A DNA stretch of 64,000 nt from Longimicrobiales bacterium (lineage in GTDB: Bacteria; Gemmatimonadota; Gemmatimonadetes; Longimicrobiales; Gaopeijiaceae), in the NCBI GenBank assembly GCA_965204735.1, contig OZ242008.1, positions 2,464,001 through 2,528,000 on the forward strand, read 5' to 3'. Shown piece after piece: positions 8,924-17,469 of this stretch. The position numbers and the translations under genes are program-made. Positions within the stretch are counted from its first letter, which is position 1; each line of letters opens with the position of its first letter. The notes under the pieces were generated by a model that did not search any database, had not been told where the DNA came from, and worked only from the letters and a program-made list of their open reading frames with translations.

Positions 8924-10752
8924 GGCTTCTCTCCAAACCGAGGTCGCAAGCGCTTCATCGCTTCCGCGTCGTTGACTCCGACCAGAAGGCCTAAGTCCCG
9001 GAGTCTACGCTCCAGGCAGCTCCGATTCGCTTGCAACACGGCGTTGGAAACCATCATTCCCGGCGGCGCTTGGTCGACGCAGAAGCCGTACCGCTCGCGA
9101 AGGACGGCGATGAATTCCCCGAACGACACCGCACGAAGACTCTTGCCCGAGCCCGATGGCAGCACATGGCGGTGCACTAAGTACTCCAAGACTGTATCGG
9201 TGAAGATCATCGACCGCACCACGCGGCTCTGGGGGCCAGGCGAGCCGGACGCCTTGCGCCTGGTCCGACGCTTGGTTGCCAGGCCGTTCGGACGATCCAT
9301 GTGCAGCGACGAATCCACAAGCTCACGCATGTGCGTTTGTATCTTCCGACCTTGCCACGACGTCAGCGCCTCCGCCAGCCGCCATACGGGATTGGGTTGA
9401 ACGTCAGCGCGGCGCAACTCCTCGGCAACGGCGGGGTAGTCGTTCTCGCTTGCCTCGGCCAGCTCGAGAGAGAGATCGTCAAAGCCGTCCAAGATTCGAC
9501 GAGACTCCCGACACCGATCGTGAACCACCTCGCCCAGGAAGTCAATCCACTCCTTTGCTACGGGACTCGAGGACAGCTCGTCCCTCTTGAAACGCTTCTG
9601 CACCGCACTGTTGTTGCGACTCCGATAGTCAAGCAGTCGAAGGGCCATCAACACGACCGGGAGACGCTCGAGCTTGCGGAGGTACTCGTCCATCGACTGT
9701 TCCGCGATGCTCCGAAGCCCTCGGTCCGCTCCTGCCGAAGTGTCCACAAACACGGACGAAGGCGACTTGTCCGCCAAATCTCCCGTGGCAGCCCAGCCCA
9801 GCACGACCTCCACGACACCGGCAACGATCGACGAGAGGCCTACGGCCATGCACGACTCGGTCATCTCCACGAACGCCTGCCTGGGCACGCTTGACTCATA
9901 CGCTCGCAAGAACTTGCGGATGTCCTCCGAGAACGCCCTCGAGACCTGGAACGCTATGGGACGCCTGTTGGGAATCGCAGCACCGCCTTTTCCCTTCATC
10001 GACGCCGGCGCCGCTTCTAGCGCCTGCGCGAGTCGGATCGTCAGCAGTTGGTCGATGCCGACCGCCTCGTCTTCGTCGAAGCAGTCGGCTGCCAGGTTGC
10101 CAACTGTGGAGCGACGTCGCATTCCCTTGCTGACAGCCCTGAGAAGGACGTTCTCGGTAAAAATGTCGTCCTCTGGTCTTCCCACGACAGGAAACCAAGT
10201 GCGCTTGCCGCCGTTTGTGGTCTCTCGGACGTAGTCCGTTTTCTGATTCGCCAGAATGGCAACGATTGTCTCCGGAACGTGGCGCAGGTTCACAACATGA
10301 TCTGGAAGGTCGATCCATGCCGCCATGTAGTGGGCGGGCGCCACGCGCTGGATTGGCTTTGATCGGCCCAGTTCGTATCCTCGGTTCTCCAGGCAGTAGC
10401 ACAGCAGGAGGTCGCCCAAGATCGCCTTCTCGACTTCGCCCTTGAACCCAAGGAAGTCGGAGGCGTCCTCGCGGGCCAGGCTCGAGGCCACCGACTGCAC
10501 CGTCGTGTTGCGCTTCCGGTGGCTCTTGGTGCCCTCCGCAGGCCCGAAGGTCTCGACAAAGCGGCCCGGCCCCCGACGCTGGCCGAAGCGAAACATGTAG
10601 AAGACGGCCGGCAAGACGGCGGACAGATCGAAGGCCAGCACCGAGATCGGCAGGACCTTCTCGTAGCTGTGCGACCATATCTCCCTGGTCATCCGGGAAC
10701 CGAGCACCTCGGCCGCCACCTCCCGGGGCGTGGCCCCCACGGCGTCACTCAT
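8920..10752 (-). CDS. DndG/DptG-like (MAD7-like) protein
   Basis: 610 aa, overlapping both neighbours. C-terminal wHTH-like FGEFIAVLRERYGF...LERRLRDLGLLVGVNDAEAM recalls the DptG C-terminus. The call rests mostly on synteny. Confidence 0.65.
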   Translation of the reverse strand: MSDAVGATPREVAAEVLGSRMTREIWSHSYEKVLPISVLAFDLSAVLPAVFYMFRFGQRRGPGRFVETFGPAEGTKSHRKRNTTVQSVASSLAREDASDFLGFKGEVEKAILGDLLLCYCLENRGYELGRSKPIQRVAPAHYMAAWIDLPDHVVNLRHVPETIVAILANQKTDYVRETTNGGKRTWFPVVGRPEDDIFTENVLLRAVSKGMRRRSTVGNLAADCFDEDEAVGIDQLLTIRLAQALEAAPASMKGKGGAAIPNRRPIAFQVSRAFSEDIRKFLRAYESSVPRQAFVEMTESCMAVGLSSIVAGVVEVVLGWAATGDLADKSPSSVFVDTSAGADRGLRSIAEQSMDEYLRKLERLPVVLMALRLLDYRSRNNSAVQKRFKRDELSSSPVAKEWIDFLGEVVHDRCRESRRILDGFDDLSLELAEASENDYPAVAEELRRADVQPNPVWRLAEALTSWQGRKIQTHMRELVDSSLHMDRPNGLATKRRTRRKASGSPGPQSRVVRSMIFTDTVLEYLVHRHVLPSGSGKSLRAVSFGEFIAVLRERYGFCVDQAPPGMMVSNAVLQANRSCLERRLRDLGLLVGVNDAEAMKRLRPRFGEKP

Positions 10753-13700
10753 GGTCGCCTCCTTCGTTTTCGATCACTAGCCGCTGGCGGGGAGAGCCCG
10801 GCTCGCTTCGGTCGATCACGGCTTTGATCCGGTAGGTCGCATCGTCGCGGATCGGGTTCCAGGCCACCAGCTCCCGGTCGTCTTCCCGGAGGAGGCGCTG
10901 GAGGAATATCGAGAGGTTCGCAAAGGTGTCGTCCGTCGAGACGTCGCCAAGCTGGTAGCCTTCCCCGAGCTCCAGAAGACGGTGGAAGAGCTCCGCGCCC
11001 ATGCGCAGTCGTTCCTCCAGGCCGCTGTCGCGCCGATAGACGAGATGGACGCATCGGTGAAGCAGAGAGAGTGGTCCCCTCGGGAACGACCGATTTCCGT
11101 CAGCCGTCGGGGGTGGCAACTCCGACTCCAGCCGGAATCGCGCAATCGGCTTTTCGGACCAGAACGCGGTCTCGGTGGGGGTGCGCGGCTGAATGCGAAG
11201 GGGAACCACGTCGTCGCGCCGCAAGGCCTGCGCTGGCAGGTCGCCCAGACGCGCGATCCCGCGGCAAAGATCGGTGCGCAGCTGGGCGCGGGCTTCGGCG
11301 TCGAGGAACGGCGCCTCTCGGAAACGCCGGATGTGGCGTCCCTGGGTCAAGCCGACGTCGTTCGTCTCGAAGTAGGCCCGTCGCCGGGCGGACGCCAGTC
11401 GCCGGGAGGCGTCTCGACCGTCTGGGGCGTCCTGCTCCAGGAGCAGCCTTCTGTCGACTTTGGGATCGGCGTCCAGAGCCGGGTCCAAGCGAACGAACTC
11501 GGCCAGCACCTCGCCCTGGCGGGCCGGCGACAACGGGTCGAAAGCCCTGTCCCAGTAAGCCCGGGAGGCGCTGCCGGCCTTCCCCTCGTGGTAGTCCGAG
11601 CAGTACTCGGTGCCGAAGAGAACGTACACCAGGGCGCCACGGAGCTCGCGGACGGTGATGTGGGTCTCTCCCCGGAAGTGAACGGCCTGCAACGCTTCGA
11701 AGAGACGCTGGCGAGCCGTCGTTCGCAACTTGTCGTCCTCCGAAAGGCCGGCGGGACCAAAGAGCCGGGTCGTCTGATACACGCCGCAGGCGTCTTGGGC
11801 GGAGCACGTGACGCAGGGCTCCCACTTCGCGACAGCGTCTTCGCCACCGTAGAGGCTGTCCACCAAGCGGTTCAGGAAGTCCGTCTTGATCGTCCCGGCG
11901 TTCCAGTCGATCCCTCCGACGTGGGAGCGGTCGTTCAAGCTGTAGAAGGCGATGTGGTCCTGGGCCGAAGCTTGGTCGTCGGCCGAAGCGTTGGCGCCCA
12001 GGCGTTCCAGCAGGGCACGGGTAAGTGCCGTTTCCCCGACATGCTCGATCCACTCCAGCAGGCGACCGTCGTTGACCGCCAGGAGGTGCACGACGTCTTC
12101 CTTTGGCGGGCCGTCCTGGAACGGCGCCAGGAAGTCGTCCAGCAGATCGTTGGCGGAACGACCCTCCCAAGCCGCCGAGCCGTCCAGGTTCACGCGAACG
12201 CGAAGTCCGTCCTCGACCACCCCTTCAAGAATGCGCTTGGCGGAACGGTGGCTGCCAAGTCCAAGTTTCTGGGCCAAGTGCTGGAGCAGCGCGGTCTTGC
12301 CGTCGCCTGCGTTGCCGCATAGCACCACGAGGCGCACCTGCCGGCCCCGCACTTCGTCGTAGAGAACTTTCTCGAGTTCCGTCTCGACGTAGGTACGCTT
12401 CGCAAAATCGCTGTCCAGGCCGCGGGTCTCCCGGTTGCCCCAGCGCGAACCGGGGTAGGACTGCAACAGGGAGCACAGCCACTCGGCTTCGTTCGGCGAG
12501 CGCTCGGCGGGCGCGACGACCGGCAGCGCAGGAGGTGGAGGCGACGGCGCCGAAACGTCGATCTCGCGAGAAGTCGGCTGATCGTCCCCCGGCGGCTCCT
12601 GGGTTTCGGCGGCGTCGGCAGGACGCGGCGTCTTCAACGCTTCGATGGCTTCGGCGCCCGAGGAGAAGCGCTGGGCGGAATCAGGGGCGGTGGCGCGATC
12701 CATGAACTCGGCCGCCCGCGGATAGGCGGCTCGGTTCCCGTGCTCCCAGTTCAGACCGCGTTCCTTCACTTGGCTTGTGTCGTGAACGAAGGGCTCTTTG
12801 TCGAAGAGCACATGAAAGAAGCTGGCCGCAAGCGCAAAGAAATCGTCGGACGGCTGGGCCTCTCCCTTGCGAACGCGGTTCGGCGAGCCGTATAGGACGG
12901 CGCCGGGCGACACCGGAGACTCGCCGATGGGCGTGACGAAGTCGTAGTCGGTCAGGACAAGGTGGTTCTTCGTCTGGTCCGGCTGCCCGAAGTCCTGCGT
13001 TCTGGAGACGATGACGTTGCCCGGGCTCACGTCTCCGTGCACCAACCCGTTGCGGTGCAGCACGGCCAACGCTTCGCACATCTCGCGCAGCCAGCGGAGA
13101 ACCAGCTCCTCAGCCTCCTCGTCCTGGTCCTCGGCGAGCAGTGGGACCACGCCGCCATAGTCGGCCAGCGCCGAGCCCTCGATCCAGGTCGCCAGGGCAA
13201 CGAACTCGTTGTCCCGCCACTCCGGCGCGACTTCGAAGACGGCGGCAAGCCCCGGGTGCCGGCTCACCGGCTGCCGAGCCCGTCGATAGCCTTGGCGAAC
13301 CTGCTCGCCGGTCGCCTCGTCGCTCACGACCTTGCCGACGAACGTGCCCACTTCCCGTCCCGTGGAGTCGTCAAGCTCGACCACCTTGAAGGCGGTCCCC
13401 ACTCCCCCCGACCCCAGGCGAGCCACCACGCGGTAGGTGCCGTTCCGGAAACGCACTTCCTGATCCTCGGTCCAGAACCGAGCCGCGGGAACAGCCGCTC
13501 GCGGAACATCCTGCCCCAGGAACGCTGCGAACTCGCTTGCCAGCTCCTCCAGAGACGGACGGTCCTCCGGCGGGCCCAGCCCTCTCGCAAGGACGCTCTT
13601 GACCTCGGGCGCCTGCCAGCCGTCGCTGCTCTCGTAGCCTGCGAAGAGCACGTGGAGGGACGCGCACAAGGAGTAGATGTCGGAGCGCTGGTCCGCGGCG

Positions 13701-14824
13701 GACAGGCCGTGTTCCCGCACCTCCGGCGCAACGCCTTCGTCGTGCTCGCGGACCTGGTATCCGGCGAGACTCGGGCTGTGAGCCACAGGGGTGCCAACAT
13801 GCTCGAATCCGGTGAGGACCGGCGAGTTGTCGTGCTTCACCAGGATCGTCCGGGGCGACAGGTTCCGGTGCACCAGTCCCAGCCCGTCGGCCGATTCGTG
13901 AAGCTCCTTTACGGCAATGATCGCCTGGCGGGCGAAGTCGAGGCGTTGCTTCAGTCCCCACGACTCGTCGGCAGCCCGCTCCTTGGCGCTGGGCACGGCC
14001 GGGTCCACGACCGTGAAGAACTTCATCTCGCCGCGGTACCCCGGGGCGTCCTGAAACGAGTCCAGGATCCGGGGCGCCCACCGGAAGCGCGACAGCTGAT
14101 GGTGAAGCGCGTCGTGCTCGCGCCGCGCCGCCCGCTCTGGATTTCCCGCCACGCCGGCGGACATGTCGTACAGGTGGAGGAACACCCGATCCTTTCGCGA
14201 CGAGTGCATCCCCTTGTAGATGCGGTGAAACGCTTCTTCCTCCGGCGTCTGCAGCTCGAGGTTCACGTAGCCGGCAAGCCTCCTGAGCGGCAGAGAGCCG
14301 TCGATGGCGATTCCGCTTCTGGTCGTCAGCTCCTTCGCCAGCCTCTTCACCTGCTGCTGCGAAAGCACCGGAGGTTCGTCTGGCCGGAGCGCCGACCGCC
14401 ACTCCTTCAGAGGATGAAACTCGACTCCTCTCACCTTCCTGCGGCTCGTCAGCCGCTTCACCTTGGAAGCCGGACGGGTCAGCAGGACCACGCCGTCCAC
14501 ATGAGGAAGGCTGGGCACGATCCTGCGGAGCGTGGTGCCGATCTTGCTGGCCTTGGTCGTGATCCGGTCGGCCTCGTCTTCCGCCATGTCGGCATGGGCG
14601 TCGCTCCAGTGCTTGACCTCGACCACCCGAACGCCGGGCGGGCCGATCGCCACCATGTCGATCTCTGCGGATTGAAGCTGGTGAGTGACGGAGAACATCA
14701 GATTTGTCAGCAAACACCAGTAATCGTCACCTGGCAGGGAGATCAGGCCGGCCTTGACCTTCTCCAGCGCCCGGCGCTCGCTCTCGGTGACGGCGGGGCC
14801 GCAGGGAACGGGGACGGCCCTCAC
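10745..14824 (-). CDS. NERD nuclease + pseudokinase + Ser/Thr kinase + DndF-like P-loop ATPase (MAD6-like)
   Basis: NERD EIDMVAIGPPGVRVVEVKHW; kinase 1 VHRNLSPRTIL/TGFE; kinase 2 LGSGGVG, VHGDVSPGNV, TDYD; P-loop VVLCGNAGDGKT, LAVNDGRL; CxxCx4C. Start probably GTG 14824 (track extends to 14956). Confidence 0.85.
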   Translation of the reverse strand: MRAVPVPCGPAVTESERRALEKVKAGLISLPGDDYWCLLTNLMFSVTHQLQSAEIDMVAIGPPGVRVVEVKHWSDAHADMAEDEADRITTKASKIGTTLRRIVPSLPHVDGVVLLTRPASKVKRLTSRRKVRGVEFHPLKEWRSALRPDEPPVLSQQQVKRLAKELTTRSGIAIDGSLPLRRLAGYVNLELQTPEEEAFHRIYKGMHSSRKDRVFLHLYDMSAGVAGNPERAARREHDALHHQLSRFRWAPRILDSFQDAPGYRGEMKFFTVVDPAVPSAKERAADESWGLKQRLDFARQAIIAVKELHESADGLGLVHRNLSPRTILVKHDNSPVLTGFEHVGTPVAHSPSLAGYQVREHDEGVAPEVREHGLSAADQRSDIYSLCASLHVLFAGYESSDGWQAPEVKSVLARGLGPPEDRPSLEELASEFAAFLGQDVPRAAVPAARFWTEDQEVRFRNGTYRVVARLGSGGVGTAFKVVELDDSTGREVGTFVGKVVSDEATGEQVRQGYRRARQPVSRHPGLAAVFEVAPEWRDNEFVALATWIEGSALADYGGVVPLLAEDQDEEAEELVLRWLREMCEALAVLHRNGLVHGDVSPGNVIVSRTQDFGQPDQTKNHLVLTDYDFVTPIGESPVSPGAVLYGSPNRVRKGEAQPSDDFFALAASFFHVLFDKEPFVHDTSQVKERGLNWEHGNRAAYPRAAEFMDRATAPDSAQRFSSGAEAIEALKTPRPADAAETQEPPGDDQPTSREIDVSAPSPPPPALPVVAPAERSPNEAEWLCSLLQSYPGSRWGNRETRGLDSDFAKRTYVETELEKVLYDEVRGRQVRLVVLCGNAGDGKTALLQHLAQKLGLGSHRSAKRILEGVVEDGLRVRVNLDGSAAWEGRSANDLLDDFLAPFQDGPPKEDVVHLLAVNDGRLLEWIEHVGETALTRALLERLGANASADDQASAQDHIAFYSLNDRSHVGGIDWNAGTIKTDFLNRLVDSLYGGEDAVAKWEPCVTCSAQDACGVYQTTRLFGPAGLSEDDKLRTTARQRLFEALQAVHFRGETHITVRELRGALVYVLFGTEYCSDYHEGKAGSASRAYWDRAFDPLSPARQGEVLAEFVRLDPALDADPKVDRRLLLEQDAPDGRDASRRLASARRRAYFETNDVGLTQGRHIRRFREAPFLDAEARAQLRTDLCRGIARLGDLPAQALRRDDVVPLRIQPRTPTETAFWSEKPIARFRLESELPPPTADGNRSFPRGPLSLLHRCVHLVYRRDSGLEERLRMGAELFHRLLELGEGYQLGDVSTDDTFANLSIFLQRLLREDDRELVAWNPIRDDATYRIKAVIDRSEPGSPRQRLVIENEGGDHE

Positions 14825-14828
14825 AGCC

Positions 14829-14875
14829 CTGCGCTCGTCGGCGGTACTGCGCTCGTCGCGGGCCCTGCGTTCATA
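14829..14875. repeat. Three short direct repeats at 18-bp period upstream of the kinase gene
   Basis: ctgcgctcgtcg at 14829 and 14847; ctgcgttcata at 14865. Confidence 0.65.
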
Positions 14876-14962
14876 AGGTGGTCTTTGGGGGGACGGGTGG
14901 GCGGGAACAGCTGCTCGGGCGGGCAACAGGATAGAAGGCGGCAGGACGGCAAGCAAGCCGGC

Positions 14963-16156
14963 TCACTCGATCGACGGTCCCACGGGCTGCAGGACTTGGG
15001 CCAGCTGCCTCAAGGGCACGGCTCGCACGCCATCCGCGAGGCGGTAGTCGGCCGCGCCCGCGTGCACGACGTCCAGCCGGTCGAGCTTCAGCGCGTCCAT
15101 GGCCGAACGCATGGAGCGGGTCAGGCGGGGCGACTCGGAGCGCTTGACCTCGAAGCCGTGGCGTCGCGTGCCGTCGACGATCAGCAGGTCCACTTCGGCG
15201 CCCGTGTGCGTAGACCAGTGGAAGCACTGCTCCGGCGAAGCGCCCGTCAGGTGGGTGATCTGCTGCACCACGAAGCCCTCCCACGACGCGCCGACCCTTG
15301 GATGCGAGAGCACGTCTTCGCGGGTGGTCAACCCCAGCAGCGCGTGCAGGATTCCCGAATCGCCGACGTACACCTTTGGCGAGCGCACTTGCCGCTTTGC
15401 GATGTTCTCGAACCAGGGCTGAAGCTGTCGGACAACGAAGACGGAGGTCAGCAGGTCCAGATAGCGTCGCACCGTGGTGTGAGCGACGCCGAACGCCCTG
15501 CCGAACTCCGATCCGTTCCACACCTGACCGTGCCAGTGGGCCAGCATCGTCCAGAAGCGCCGGAGGGTGACCGGCGACGTTCCGGCCTGGAACTCCCGCA
15601 CGTCCCGGGAGAGGAAGGTGCGGATGAAGTCGTCGCGCCAACGGCGGCTGGCGGGAAGCGAGCCGGCCAAGTACGAGCGGGGGAAACCTCCCCGCAGCCA
15701 CAGGCGGTCGGCGTCGGCGACCTCCTTCAGCCCGAAGCCGTCGAGTTCGTGGAACGCCACCCGGCCGGCCAAAGTCTCCGAACTCTGGCGGAGGAGCTCC
15801 GGGGATGCGCTCCCCAGCACGAGAAAGCGGGCGGGAACCCCGGGTCGGTCCGCCAGAACCCGAAGAAGTCCAAATACGTCCGGGAGGCGGTGAATCTCGT
15901 CCAGCACGACCAAGCCGCGGAGGGGTCGGAGCTCCAGGCCGGGCTCGGCCAGCCGGGCGAGGTCGACAGGGTCCTCCAGATCGAACCAGGCGACTGGTGC
16001 TCCGTGCGAGGCGGCGAGCCGTCGCGCGAGGGTCGTCTTCCCCACCTGTCGCGGGCCGACAAGGGCGACGACGGGAGACTCGCCCAGCAGCAGGCGCACG
16101 CGCCGCAGATGGTCTTCTCGGGGAACGTCGGTCGTCGTTCGGGAAGTGGTCATCAT
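14963..16156 (-). CDS. AAA_14 ATPase with wHTH and DUF4143 domain
   Basis: GPRQVGKTT, VVLDEIHR, LGSAS, RGGFP, SPKVYVGDSG, GASWEGFV, GAEVDLL...GFEVK. Start ATG 16156 or 16153. Confidence 0.9.
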   Translation of the reverse strand: MMTTSRTTTDVPREDHLRRVRLLLGESPVVALVGPRQVGKTTLARRLAASHGAPVAWFDLEDPVDLARLAEPGLELRPLRGLVVLDEIHRLPDVFGLLRVLADRPGVPARFLVLGSASPELLRQSSETLAGRVAFHELDGFGLKEVADADRLWLRGGFPRSYLAGSLPASRRWRDDFIRTFLSRDVREFQAGTSPVTLRRFWTMLAHWHGQVWNGSEFGRAFGVAHTTVRRYLDLLTSVFVVRQLQPWFENIAKRQVRSPKVYVGDSGILHALLGLTTREDVLSHPRVGASWEGFVVQQITHLTGASPEQCFHWSTHTGAEVDLLIVDGTRRHGFEVKRSESPRLTRSMRSAMDALKLDRLDVVHAGAADYRLADGVRAVPLRQLAQVLQPVGPSIE

Positions 16157-16193
16157 TGAAAAATGAACAGATGGCGCACAGATTTCAATGATG
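16151..16193 (-). promoter_or_regulatory. Perfect 11-bp inverted repeat enclosing a sigma70-like promoter
   Basis: catcattgaaa-N21-tttcaatgatg. On the minus strand TTGAAA-N17-CATTTT lies just before the ATG (possible leaderless mRNA). Confidence 0.6.
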
Positions 16194-16198
16194 CATCC

Positions 16199-16283
16199 GA
16201 TCGCTCCCCGCACGCGGAGGCGGCCGGGAGGGGTGCTGTCTGGAACGGTCAGGGCCGGATCGCTCCCCGCGTGCGGAGGCGGC
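16199..16283. repeat. 26-bp direct repeat x2 with an internal mini-palindrome, 33-bp spacer
   Basis: gatcgctccccgc(ac/gt)gcggaggcggc at 16199-16224 and 16258-16283. Confidence 0.85.
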
Positions 16284-16289
16284 GGCCAG

Positions 16290-16360
16290 TTGGCCCGGGT
16301 GGAGTCGAACCACCATCACCGGTTCCAAAGACCGGTGTCTTGCCGTTAGACGACGGGCCA
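16290..16360 (-). tRNA. tRNA-Gln (TTG), CCA not encoded
   Basis: TGGCCCGTCGTCTAACGGCAAGACACCGGTCTTTGGAACCGGTGATGGTGGTTCGACTCCACCCGGGCCAA: acceptor stem TGGCCCG/CGGGCCA, anticodon loop CT-TTG-GA, T-loop GTTCGAC. Confidence 0.95.
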
Positions 16361-16539
16361 AGGCCGGGACGTGCGAGCGAGCGCCCCGGGACGGGAGGCG
16401 CTTGGCGGGCTGGACACGGCTTCGTGACCTGGCCAAGCACGACCCACGCTTCGATAGTAGCGCAGATGGCCGCCCCTTCACAGCCCGGCCGCCGCCGGGT
16501 TGCCCGCTCCGCTCCTTCCTCGACGTCGCTCGCGCCCGC

Positions 16540-17469
16540 CTATTCCTTCGTCGCGGGCGAAGGCATGACGTCCAGGGTGGGGACCACGAGCGCGGCGGCC
16601 ACGCCGTCGATGGCGGCGACCCGCTCCACTGCCCGCTGGGCCGCCTCGTCCGTCTTGAAGACGCCGAAGAGGGCCGATCCGCTGCCCGTCAGCCCGGCCG
16701 CGACCGCCCCCGAGTCGGTCAGCGCAGACTTGACGGCGGCCAGCGCCGGCAAGCGCCGAAAAGCCGTCGGCTCGAAGTCGTTGCCCAGGCGAGCGGCCAA
16801 CGCGGCGAGCGGCCTCCAGTCGCCCGAGTCCAACCCGCGAAGACGCGCCGGGCCCGGGGGCAGCTTCAGTCGGTCCGACGCTTCTCGGTAGGCCGTCGCC
16901 GTTGCGACCCGACCTTGGGGCACCACCAGAGCCAGCGGCGCCGGGGGCGGGGGCGGACACGGCAGCACCCGGTCCCCCCTTCCCCAGGCAAGCGCGGAGG
17001 CCGCGCCCGTGCAGAAGAACGCCACGTCGGCGCCGATGCGGCCGCCCAGCGCCACCAGGGCGTCGGTCTTCAGCGGCCTGTCGTGGAGCGCGTTGAGGGC
17101 CGCGAGGGTTCCTGCCGCGTCCGACGAGGCGCCGCCCAGCCCGGTTCCGGCGGGGACGGCCTTGGCGAGCTCGACAGAGACCGACGGCGTCGTTCCCGTC
17201 GCCGCGAAGAAGGCTCGCGCGGCCCTGACCACCGTGTTGTCCCGCGTCGGCCCCACCTCGCCGGCGACGTCGCCCAGCCCCGGCGCGGCCCACTCGGCGG
17301 TGACGGCGCGGAAGGCGATTCCGGGGCCGGCGGTGCGCACGGTCACCCTGTCCCGCAGCCCTATTGCCTGGAAGAACGTCTCGATCTGGTGAAGACCCGC
17401 GTCCTCGCGGGCCAGGATGCGCAGGAAGAGGTTCACCTTGGCGGGACACCACGCCGAGACCTGGGTCAC
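16540..17469 (-). CDS. ispE: 4-diphosphocytidyl-2-C-methyl-D-erythritol kinase
   Basis: PAKVNLFL, VPAGTGLGGASSDAA, IGADVAFF, NDFE, LTGSGS. GTG start overlaps the upstream stop. Confidence 0.95.
   Translation of the reverse strand: MTQVSAWCPAKVNLFLRILAREDAGLHQIETFFQAIGLRDRVTVRTAGPGIAFRAVTAEWAAPGLGDVAGEVGPTRDNTVVRAARAFFAATGTTPSVSVELAKAVPAGTGLGGASSDAAGTLAALNALHDRPLKTDALVALGGRIGADVAFFCTGAASALAWGRGDRVLPCPPPPPAPLALVVPQGRVATATAYREASDRLKLPPGPARLRGLDSGDWRPLAALAARLGNDFEPTAFRRLPALAAVKSALTDSGAVAAGLTGSGSALFGVFKTDEAAQRAVERVAAIDGVAAALVVPTLDVMPSPATKE

Larger units (their letters stand above)
2816..16289 (-). other. Putative defence island 3' of tRNA-Gln (no integrase seen)
   Basis: Five co-oriented conflict-type genes next to the tRNA 3' end; visibly lower GC, especially ~7.4-10.4 kb; short repeats at both ends. 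Boundaries approximate. Confidence 0.7.

Noticed and set aside
2669..16283. CRISPR arrays at 2669-2782 and 16199-16283
   Set aside because: Only two repeats each, no cas genes or clear leader; the first is coding sequence. Kept only as repeats.
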